Assembly (NCBI RefSeq): GCF_964204645.1
Contig: NC_134026.1
Span: 30,228,150-30,292,149, forward strand
Reading direction: 5' to 3'
Length of the DNA stretch: 64,000 nt
Source: Tubulanus polymorphus
Lineage: Eukaryota > Animalia > Nemertea
This document shows, one piece after another, positions 23,186 through 34,313 of this stretch (positions are counted from its first letter, which is position 1; every line of letters begins with the position of its first letter). The notes beneath the pieces are model-generated. The model was not told the DNA's origin. It searched no databases and was given only the letters and a program-made list of their open reading frames with translations. The position numbers and the translations under genes are program-made.

Positions 23186-23344
23186 ATGTCGACTGAGGCC
23201 GCAAATACGTGTGGAAAAGCGCAGACGACAGTTGTACCGCCGAGACGACCCCAGACATCAGAAGAGACGTCACGACCTCGCCTGAGTTCGCAGGGCAGTT
23301 TTCATGAATGTACCCAACACGACACAGCCTGCGGGGCTGCCGTG
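23186..23344 (+). CDS. Profilin alternative N-terminal exon A (53 codons, MSTEAANTCGK...CGAAV)
   Basis: Acceptor tttttttctgcag at 23163, AAAATG start, phase-0 donor GTG|GTAAGT matching the phase-0 acceptor at 30168. Confidence 0.6.
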
Positions 23345-23727
23345 GTAAGTATTCAAGAAAATATGTCGATACATATTTTCAGAATTGCACATCTTTGATA
23401 TTTTTTGTTCGTATAATTCAAACTGTCGTGTTTAGGCAGGATGCAGTACGTGACCTGTACCAAATCAACACACACAATGATATTCAAACAATTTCCTGTT
23501 TCTTTTAGTTTTTTCTTTTTTACCATTTGTAGCATATTGTATATCTGGTATTACTGGTATTAAGCCCTGGCCTATTTTACCGCTCCTGATTTTCTTAGTT
23601 TAACCTATAAAACTTTTTTCCCCGAACTTTTTCTCACTTTCACTCGCTAAATTTTTCGTTTCGAATCCCCAAGTTTGTCCAAATATTTTAAGTCGGTGTG
23701 ATTTCCTATAATAGACTTCGTCGTTTG

Positions 23728-23861
<134 letters not shown>

Positions 23862-24857
23862 AATTATTTTTCGGGTCATTCATAAACCAGTATTTATATC
23901 TAGTAATTATGCTATGAATAGATGAAGTAACGCATAGCTGCCTGCTCAACAGTACATAATATATATATGCAGACCAGGGTTTTTTGTGTTGAACTGAAGG
24001 ACTGTTTTTAGTACGAAGGAATTGAACATTTAGCTGCACGTACTTTTAAATCTTTGTGGTTTGCTGTAATAGATTACATCATACACATTTATTCACGTGA
24101 TGTTGAACCGTTCGGAGAATTTATTCGGTAATACGTGTGTAACACTTATTCTTGAAAAGTCGAAAAGTTTACTTTTGAAACGTGCAAATACGATTTAGAG
24201 AACAAAACAAACCAAATGTTGGCGATAAAATCTAATCATTACTGTTACGATTTATGACGAGAATTTACACTACTGCTGATATTACGGATTTACAAGTACA
24301 ACCAGCTAGCTATATATAGTAGACTAGAGGAAGCGTATTACAGCACTTCAAATTCAGCTTTTCACCTACAATTTCGGAGACTCAACTACTCGTGGATCGA
24401 GTATATTTACAACTATCGAGACAATAAGTTAGTAATAATTCGCATTTGCTGTGATCAATAAGTGAAAATAGTGTGGCAGCTGGAGAATTGTGAAGAAAAC
24501 CTGTTCGCAGAGAGACAGAGAGAAAGAGAGAGAGGGGTCCACTAGAATATACAGAGTGTTGCAGCTTCATCCAGTACATATGCTAGCGTACTGTGTACTT
24601 GTGTGTGTATTTTTGATTGTTCCAAGTTTTATGTCACGCAGCTGAGAGGCATAGAAAATAATATCGGTCCTCTGTCGCCATCTGGTAGAAATACAAAAAG
24701 CAGGAATCGACTGATTTTGTTACGGACAACACAAAAGCACGTTTGACTCGAACGTACGAGTCTAGACTAATTACTATCAAACATACATTGACTCGAACTC
24801 GTAGAAAAAAGCTCAGCTTGTGAGACGTTTTACTGCGAAAGTTGAAAGATCGAAAAG

Positions 24858-25223
24858 ATGTCGGCCACGGATGTTGCAGTCGCCGAAGATAATCACCAAC
24901 ACGCTGAGCCAAAGAAATCATCCGGATTGTTTTCTTGTTGTCCGTGCGTTTCCGGCGGCAAGAAAAAGAAATCGGCGGCGAAAAAGTCGAAAACAACCGA
25001 AGAACAAAACGATGCAAATATCGTTGTAGAAGATCAGATAACAGTGGAAAGAGTTGATGCAGTGGATGCGGCCATTAAAAGCCCAGACGGACGGGTTCTA
25101 GTTGTACTTCCCGACGAACCCGATGAAAATAAAGATAAAAAGAAGAAGAAGAAGAAGGATAAGAAAAAAGATGACGAGGTAACGGGTGCAGACGATGTTG
25201 ATGTTGAGGTGGAGGATGATGAG
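24858..25223 (+). CDS. Profilin alternative N-terminal exon B (122 codons; Cys cluster, polybasic and acidic segments)
   Basis: In-frame TGA just upstream of the ATG. Encodes GLFSCCPCVSGGKKKKSAAKK...KKKKKKK...DDE. Phase-0 donor GAG|GTAGGT. Confidence 0.7.
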
Positions 25224-26419
25224 GTAGGTGCTTGCTATGCTTTTTTGGACTAGTTCCGGGTACATCTCCCGGGAACTAGTCCAATGGCTGTTACTATCGC
25301 GGCTATTACCGGTCTGAGTTGTTTTTTGATTAGTCCATTGTCTTACGATTTTTGTGAAGGCATTTCATTGGCTTCTTGGATAAACACTTCTTTTATTGGT
25401 TGAATCTTTCTATCGTCACTTGTGATTGGCTACAGTTTTATTCATCAGTGTTTGTCTCATTATTTTATCATTATTTCGCTGCAGTTCTACCGCTCTATAT
25501 TTGAGGGTTTCACTCTCCATTAACATATTGACTTTTACCATATATACCATATATGTTGAATATGTTAAATTGCTCGATATTTTTGTTGTAATTCAGGTAC
25601 CTGGAAATATACGTATTATGTTACGATCGATTCAAAGCGAATCAATATGTCGCCCATTATGTTTTATGACCACATTTCGAAATGTACTTTCGCTACATAG
25701 CATAGCAATGAAATTAAGTACTTCTCTTCTGCCAAAGTACGGTAATGAAATATTTATGGATCTGTCTAATCCAAAAGGACAAATATAAATGTTCCTACCA
25801 TGAAGTAATCACTAGAAACGTTTTTGAGTAATACTTCAACCTCACAATATTCCAACACCTTATTTAGAACCAAGCCAGAAACTATTGGAAATAAGCTATA
25901 AAACATCATCAATAATCGGAAGGCTTTTGTTATAAGCATAAGAGAAATTTTATTGGTAGAACTTCCCAGAACATCTGTTGCTTCTATTGATTAAAGCCCG
26001 GCCTTATATGTTGATCATACGCGTCATAATTAAGCTTGAGGATTTACGAGTTTCCTGGTGATTTAGTTCAGAGACAAAACTAAAGCTCACGACTCGTCGC
26101 TGAAAAAAATCGCATAGTTATTTGATGACAATCTATATAGAACCCTGGTGGTGCCACGGGCGAAGGTTCTATTAGAAGCAGGTCTAGTCTGCTGGTGGAT
26201 ACAGTATTCTCCAGATGTGCACACTCCCTAGCGACGAGGTTATTATTCACGTTGATATACTAGCCTCACTACAGCGGGACACATTTTGCAATTACGTTTT
26301 ATACGTATTGCAGTAAAGGTATAATCAATTTAGTAGTCGCGTTTGTCGATGAATGGTCGAAACAAGTGGAATCTGGTGATCTGAACAATACAGATAGATA
26401 CAAGTGAGAATTTACGAAA

Positions 26420-26684
26420 ATGGGAGATAACTACGCAGAAGAAAAAGATATTACAGCAGATGAAAATCCGTTGGTAAATAAAGAAAAGAGAAAGAGTGTA
26501 AGCGCACCAGTTCGGACACCAGACGGTAGGATTCACTCAGTAGTTGAAGTTGACGTTGACGACCCATCACAGGTCGGTGAAAGAATGAACGAGGTCCTTA
26601 ATCTAGAGGACGATAAAGAGGAAGATGTCTTTGATGATGAGAGAAAAGGTGATGCTACGAAGGATGATGATAAGGATGCTGAGA

Positions 26685-26746
<62 letters not shown>

Positions 26747-26794
26747 TGTCAGGCTGGATCTGCAACTTTAACGAAACAAGAATCCCTTAGTTCG
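26420..26794 (+). CDS. Profilin alternative N-terminal exon C (125 codons; highly acidic, (GAT)n poly-Asp)
   Basis: In-frame TGA at 26405, AAAATGG start, phase-0 donor TCG|GTGAGT. Confidence 0.7.
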
Positions 26795-29574
26795 GTGAGT
26801 TATTGAAGCATGCGTGCTTTAGGTTTAATGTCTAGTTGTTGACTACGTTATACCTGTCTTACTCTGCCTCCATATGACGACATTCATTTCCCCTTTGTTA
26901 ATTCAGTACTCTGTTTTTTTTGTATGTATAATTTGACTTCTAAAATAAAGAGGTTGTGTATATAGATATAGTAGCAGTTAACACAAGGTTCCATTTGTTC
27001 AGCTGATATGAAGTGTATCGCACACGGCTGTGACGTTATAGATGTATTGGTTATTAATGAATTGATCAATTCTGCTGCGTTAAAAACGAGAAATTAATAT
27101 CTAGAGAACGACGACGTACTGCGTATATTGAAATCCTACTGGATTAATGTATATATGATTTATTGTCCATTTCATTCCCCGATGATAGACGCCATTTTGT
27201 GCAAATGTGCCAAGTTTTATGTCAAACTACATCGCTGCCAGTTTAGCAGAGCAGCTTTAGCGAAGGGGCTCGCTCATTGAGTTAACCCCCCTGGTTAAAT
27301 TAACGTAATACCACCCTTTAAAACTGACCCTAGATTTTTAAAACGATGCAGACTTGAGAATCAAGGGTTCCTGGTGATTTTGAATTAATAAACCGATGTT
27401 GTACGGGGAATACGTAAGGACATCGACTCATGGTGTCACAAGTGTTGTTTGTATATACGTAGATTAGACTGTGTGGACACGAGCTGCTGCTGTTGTATGT
27501 CGCGTTACGTCTCGACTGAGATATGAATAATGAGATACAACATATTTAGAAGACGCCTTATAACAGCTGTCATATTACTTCCACTGTAATAATTTAACAA
27601 TCTATCAATATCGGACATTCAATAACTTAAACAAATTCAATTCATATTCAATAATCATGATCATCCTCTTTATATACCCCACATAGAAACCGCCCCAGAG
27701 AGATAGTCTTTGGGATATTCGTTTGAGTAATTCTAAACCTCCTTTTTTAAAAATTAAGTTGAATGCAGCCTAATTTAGAACGTACGTAAAACTTGGTACA
27801 TTTGTATTTGCACAAAATGGCGTCCACTTCAACTGGACACAATGCTTTTTTCTTTATTGAATATCTAATTCTACCTGCTGTATTTCCAATGCCATGGTAT
27901 TCTAGTCTATCACATATTGATATAAGCCTGATAATCATCGCGATCCTCTGTAAGTTGAGTTAGTATTTTCACAGTATATGCCCTCAAAATGACGCATGTC
28001 ACGTGGTACTATTGGATTTGCATCTTGACATCCACATGAGTCACGTGTGTTGAATTTTGCTTTGTTTTTGTTTTTATAGCTTACTGAATATTTCAAAAGC
28101 ATCTTTTAGTCTATTAGCTCATCTGTTAGAACCGAATCGATTAAGAGATGATGATATAAGATATAATGATGTATGTACGTGAAGATGTGATATCGATGTA
28201 TTTGTAACAGCTGGTTCTCAGAGACATCAATACTATGTTTCTTCTACTTCGGTGAATAATTTAATATTTTCTTGATGTAACATCTGATGTAGCTTTTGTC
28301 GCGTTTGTATTTTATTAAATTCACGGAGTCATTTACGAACCCATTCAAAAAAAGGAAAACTAAAGAACGTTTCATTTTGCCTGATCGCACTGTCCATCAG
28401 TCTCGACATTACAGCATCACATTCCTACATGGGATGCTGTATTTATACTCGTCAATATGGGAATGAGTACTTGATAAATGGGCGCGAGAATATACCACCA
28501 TCATATTCATTCAGGATCGCGTTAAAATTGCATGTCATAAAACTCACTAGCTGGATGACGAGCTTAATGAGTTCAAGTAAAATGTACAATCACACGTCCC
28601 CAGCTGACTGTGACTAGCGAGGCTATTGAGGCAACTGTCGATGTAGGCTACACGATGCATGATGTTGTTTTTATCCGGAGGACGAGAGTTTAGTTGAATT
28701 CATCTGCCCCGTTAAGGGTTAATTTATCAATATTTCTCTGTTAGTATCGGAAAAAGTAGAATAGTATGAAATAGATCTTACGCTGCAAGGGAAATACGAT
28801 TTTTCCAGCCAGCTGACAATTGACAGTATATTAAAACCAGTCTTGCATATTTTAGTACAATATTCAGCTGCGAACAGACTCTTGCACTGCTAGAAGCTGT
28901 ATGTTGTTACTGGCAAAATTGTTTCCATTTGATTGGATCCCGGAAACGATAGATGAGCTGGCATATGACGTAACTGTTCTATTTGACTAGATTCATATAA
29001 TATATGCATTCGTGCAGTTAATGTTTAATTCTCTAAACAATATTTAATGCGATAAACTTAATGTATGCGTATGCGGAAAATCAGGCAATTTCGTAAATTG
29101 CAAAAAATCATCAGGAAAAACAATGCTCTCTTGAGGATGCTGGCGTACGAATCATGAATAGCTTATGAAAGTAGCGCGGTTGTATTTAGTGTTTGGAGAC
29201 GGATTTCGAATAGATGCGTTGTTTTTATTACTGCGATACTAATTAGCGAATGGCGATAAAGGCGAACAACATCATCGTTTGTTACTGAACCCCAGACAGG
29301 GGCTTATGTAAATTGGAAATTCAGACAAGCTGACGGGAATCATATAACACACCACAGTATACACCACATCAGTGAGGTGGGGCTGGTATTGGAAAGTCAC
29401 CTGAGATCGGTCTCCGAAATCTGAGATCTCAGTGAATTATCTGTCTGTGCCTGCTGTTTATTAGTGAAAATCGAAAACCATGTTCGCGCTATATTAGGAG
29501 CTACTAGAATGGTTCTGTATGATTTAACGTGTTTTTAACGAGGGATTTGTAAAATAGGAGTTAAAAATCGAGAT

Positions 29575-29748
29575 ATGACTTGTTTGCCGTGTTGTCGATT
29601 TTTGTTCGGAATGACTCGGAGATCATCGGCAGCCGATCAGACTAAAGAAGACGAATTGGGTTTAAATTCGTCACCTGCTAATGGAGAATATCGCACATTT
29701 AAATCGGCTGACGGGAATAAAGAGAATACTGATGACGATATATCATCG
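29575..29748 (+). CDS. Profilin alternative N-terminal exon D (58 codons, MTCLPCCRFLFG...)
   Basis: In-frame TAA at 29536, phase-0 donor TCG|GTACGT. Confidence 0.7.
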
Positions 29749-30167
29749 GTACGTTTCATTTAGTTTTGATTCAGGAAATCCGGGATTTATTTTTAGATAT
29801 GTTTTCTATATACATGTATGTACATGTATTCATGCTTGAAATATTTGAGTTTGTAAATCGATGTTATATGATTATACGCTAGACTTATTAACAGTATCTA
29901 TCTGTCTGCACCTCTCGCGTCTTCTTTTGTACTCTGAAAATATCCGGATCCAACGACTATTTCATCATCAAAGACGTTTATCCAGTTTTACGTCATTACC
30001 TTTTTATATCCAAACAAAGTTATTTTTCATAATAAACTTATGTTGAAAAAATGCTTTGATATCGCGTTATTTCGACTCGTCTTTATCATGTATCAATCGC
30101 GACGACTTTTTACTTTGCGATTTATTTTTATTTATACCTAACGATTTTCGATGTTGCTTATTTTCAG

Positions 30168-30578
30168 GTTGAAAAGACGAAGATATCGTCAATGTTTGAG
30201 AATATCGTTAATCACAGCATGGTCGGAGGTGGTACACTGAGTAAAGCCGCAATCACTACACAAGAAGGAAACATCTACGCCAACTGCCCGGCGGATTTCC
30301 TGCCCACCGTCGATCAAATACAGCTTCTAGTCAACGCCGTACAGGATCCGAATCTTATACAGGCTGATAAAGGTATTTGCCTGGGAGATATGAGTTTCAT
30401 GTATAAAGAAGGGAAGGATGCTGAGAGTATATATGGTATAACGGCGGATGGAGACGGCGGTTGTATCATCATTAAAACAAAACGATGTATGATGATAGGT
30501 ATTTATGATAAGAAGGCTGACGACGCGCGCACCCTCGTCGAAGATTTAGCTGATTATTTGTGCGGTAGAAATCTGTGA
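30168..30578 (+). CDS. Shared terminal exon encoding a divergent profilin domain
   Basis: Acceptor ttattttcag|GTT (phase 0). VEKTKISSMFENIVNHSMVGGGTLSKAAI...GICLGDMSFMY...GGCIIIKTKRCMMIGIY...VEDLADYL matches the profilin pattern (KAAI, G-x-x-L-G, KT...IGxY, VExLADYL). Confidence 0.88.
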   Translation, partial: VEKTKISSMFENIVNHSMVGGGTLSKAAITTQEGNIYANCPADFLPTVDQIQLLVNAVQDPNLIQADKGICLGDMSFMYKEGKDAESIYGITADGDGGCIIIKTKRCMMIGIYDKKADDARTLVEDLADYLCGRNL

Positions 30579-32110
30579 GCGAGTCAGTGAACCCTTTCGG
30601 TTCTATCAAAACCAACCAAGTGCAGATAATACAAAATTGTATAGAAAGCGATAAAACCAAAATATAAAACATCCCACATTGACGTTTTATGAATATACCT
30701 AATTTCAGACGAATAGACCCAAACATCCACGGGTAATAATGATACGAATTTCCCATTTAACTCAATTTATTTTACTGTAATTTGAAAGCAGAATGAATAC
30801 ATTTTTTCTGTGGTATGTTGTCTATGGTTTGTGGGAATAGTTGGATGGCGACCTCTAGATCAGTTCCGTTGTGTGAAAATTACATGTGTTTGATTTTGTT
30901 TAACCCGAAATTATCTATTTATGTATATCGCCATTATCCTAACTACCAGTACATAGTACGTCATTTCAATTTGCTTATTAATCTCACAGAGAATCCATTA
31001 CAGTTGAGTCGATGTTTGTTTTTTCAATTTGCATTTTCATGAACTCAAAGTATTACATACATACAATGAATGAATGTTCAATAAAGGATTTTAGTAGAGC
31101 TCGTGTAAGCGCGAACTTTGTGATAACTATAGATTAGTTAGGCCACTAAAATTCTCGATTGAACGTATCATTTCTTTTTCAATATATAATATTATTTTGT
31201 TTGATGCGATGTTTGAAAAGGTTGATGGTGTAAATATCTATAAACAACTATACATTCAATCTTATGAATCTATTTTAGATAAATATCGGTGTCGGATTCA
31301 AATACACATTTATATAAGATACTATATTTGAAAGTGATTCATTAATTTTATACTTGTTCGTATAGATGTATTACAAATATAAATGTAAAATGCATCGTTT
31401 TATCTCAACTCTGCTTATATTAATACAGTTAAGATCTTATATTCGTTCTATATTGGGGCTTAAACTTGATGGGGTTTAAACATGTTTTATTCACTTTCCA
31501 TAACAAGTGAAACCTCATTCCAGACTGAAGTAAGAACCAGCTCGAACCAGCTGAGTCGAGCTTTCTTATTGGTCGGTTATAGTAGAAACAGCTCGTATTT
31601 TCGACCAATCATAGCTTGTTTCGCATTAAGAACACTAGTCGGTTACCGCTATTTGAAATAACTTTTTAAGCCATTTGTGATTTTAATCTTCTATGTGCCT
31701 TTTATCTGCTGAATTTAAATAAACCGTCTTCCCTTTACATAACTGGATATCTTGAAGTTTAATCCATCCCGTCAATACCTTTAAACTCATATTCCCATGT
31801 TAGTTATTGGTATCATGTATTTTTAAACGGGAATATGGTATTTAATCTTTAATCTTTAATGTTTGCTTGTCTAATAATTATATATTTCAACCATTAAAGT
31901 TTATAATAAACTCGAGATATTATATCTTTTGTAAAAATGCCGTTAACTTGTTAATCCCTGTATGGTGGAACTGTGGTGGACATTGTGCGATACAATTTAT
32001 CAGGAATTTACACCGAAAAATACAGACAAAACAGAATGATTCATGATCAAAACTTTGAGTGATAGATTTAGAGAATAATAGTCAGCTATATCTGCAGTAG
32101 GTATTGTATT

Positions 32111-32193
32111 CCGGGGGTCGTTTCACAGGACGATTTCGGTAATGTCTCGTCAGTATCACGACTATAGAGTTATTCCTTGAAACGGTCCCCCGG
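32111..32193. mobile_element. Short TIR element (MITE-like)
   Basis: Imperfect terminal inverted repeats ccgggggtcgtttca ... tgaaacggtcccccgg. Confidence 0.4.
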
Positions 32194-32749
32194 TACTCGG
32201 GGATATTTTTTGTTAATTGGAACATGTATATATGTTCAGGATTCAGCTATTGAATACGTGTTTTATATCAAAAGTGTGAATCGGACAGATCTTCAATAAC
32301 ATCACACATATTAGCATGATACTTTAAACTTCATGTACAGCGGTAGTACTCGTCTATTCTTGATCGAGGGCTCTCAAACCGTCCCGATATTGCTATCGCT
32401 ATTTTACTGCGCACAATAATTCTTAGTATATTTTGCGGGTCAAACCCGTTCTAAAATCTCTCTAGGAAGTTCCCACCACTACTCGCATTCAACGAACCCT
32501 TCTCAAATGTGCTAATAACTAAATGTACCGAAAGTGTCTTTAAAAGAAAGCTCTTAGTCGATGGGATTGTACCGAACTCCAGTTTGCCGGGAACAGCATT
32601 GTCAATCTAACCACGGATTATTTTATCTCAGTTCCGTAGTTGAGAGGGATTGGTACAGTTTCCAGTTTATCAAAGCGTTACTTATGAAAATTTAATTAGT
32701 GCGACGTTTTTAAAGGAATGTCCTAAGTCGCAGGATCGTCATTCGTAAA

Positions 32750-33739
32750 ATGAATCCGACGGCTTCAACTGTTCTCTACTTTATCATTGTCGTTTTATTA
32801 CTGTTGAATCTAAGTCGCGATTACGAAAAACAACGAATTCATCATCGGAATTTCAGAGTTATCGAATTCCGATATTCGACCGAACCTCCGAAATGGAATC
32901 CAGACACGTTTCTCGAGGACGGTTTTCGAGGAAAACTTCCGACTTGCCGAATCGTTACAACGTTAGTAGCCGTGATCACATCAGCTCCGGAAAACTACGA
33001 CAAAAGAGCCGCAATTCGTGAATCGTGGGGTGGATTCGGAGACGATTCGATAAATCACGAATCTTGGAGGTATATATTCTTAATCGGACAATCACGGGAT
33101 CGAACGACTAACATTCGCGTCATCGAAGAGAGTAGGATTTATAAAGATATATTAATAGGATCGTACGTGGATACTTATCGTAATCTAACTCAGAAAGTGA
33201 TACACGGTTTGAGGTGGGTAGAGAAATATTGTCGACCTGAATTTCTACTCAAAACAGACGATGATTGTTACATTAATCGGCCATTACTGGTCGAGTATCT
33301 ACAATATTACAACAGTATTACTGAAAATCTGTATGTGGGACGAATATTCCTTGAGAAACGTGACGTAATCAGAGCTAGTTCCAGTAAATGGGCAGTTTCT
33401 GTACTGGATTATAAAAGATCACGGTATCCTCGATATGCCAGCGGTATCGGATACATCATATCCGTAGATGTTTTACAAAAAGTGATCAAAGAAATGAAAT
33501 ATGTTCGACCGTTCCCGAATGAAGATGCTTATATCGGAGTGATCATAAATCGATTAGGAATCGAACCTGTAATGAGTTATCGGTTTACTATGTATTACTT
33601 CACCTGGTCCGACTGCAATCATAGATATATGTTCTGTCTGCACAATGTTAACACTACAGAACAAAAAATGCTCTACCGAAAATCCCTAAATGCTCACAAA
33701 TACTGTCCGGGGGTAGAACCGATCAAAACATGGGATTGA
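32750..33739 (+). CDS. Beta-1,3-galactosyltransferase-like glycosyltransferase (GT31 / Galactosyl_T), single coding exon, type II membrane protein
   Basis: N-terminal TM anchor; motifs ITSAPENYDKRAAIRESWG, DTYRNLTQK, LLKTDDDCYIN (DxD), YPRYASGIGYI, EDAYIG. Confidence 0.93.
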   Translation: MNPTASTVLYFIIVVLLLLNLSRDYEKQRIHHRNFRVIEFRYSTEPPKWNPDTFLEDGFRGKLPTCRIVTTLVAVITSAPENYDKRAAIRESWGGFGDDSINHESWRYIFLIGQSRDRTTNIRVIEESRIYKDILIGSYVDTYRNLTQKVIHGLRWVEKYCRPEFLLKTDDDCYINRPLLVEYLQYYNSITENLYVGRIFLEKRDVIRASSSKWAVSVLDYKRSRYPRYASGIGYIISVDVLQKVIKEMKYVRPFPNEDAYIGVIINRLGIEPVMSYRFTMYYFTWSDCNHRYMFCLHNVNTTEQKMLYRKSLNAHKYCPGVEPIKTWD

Positions 33740-34313
33740 AAGCGATAGAAAACATTGCATTTATTGCTGATATTTAACAAAACTTATCAAAAATCAGTGA
33801 ATCAAAAGCATTTATGTGTATTCAATAGATTATTGTCTGTAATAAACACGATCCTGCAGAGGTTAGTGATGCATATATATTTAATCGTTTTCGTCAGATT
33901 TGCTTCATACACACAGAGCTGATATACGAAAACTATAAAAACGAAATTCCACAATTAAAACGTTAAATTCAAAGGAGAATAGTTTACTGGAGCCACGGTG
34001 GCCGTACTCGTGACGTCTGTTTGTCAACCAGTGCTGGTCGAGAACCTTGCTGCAGCAAAAAAACATACGATGATATGGTTGGGACTTGTCACGTAATTGG
34101 CTTATTGTGGTTTACCGTCAATATGATGTAAATAGTCACATGGAAAAAGCACGTTCCCTGTTGAAGCGCCAGTGGTGTAAATAAACTTCGTAATTTTTGA
34201 AATTTCACTTTAATTGTATTTTAGATATGTTCCAATGACTCGTAACTTACAAGGAACCATTTGTGTAGGTGTGAGTTGAGATTTGGAGTTGATGCAACCT
34301 GTGGAGACGATAT

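Noticed and set aside
28429-28617. ORF starting MGCC (dual-acylation-like) as a fifth alternative profilin exon
   Set aside because: No convincing phase-0 splice donor in the ORF; worth rechecking with RNA-seq.
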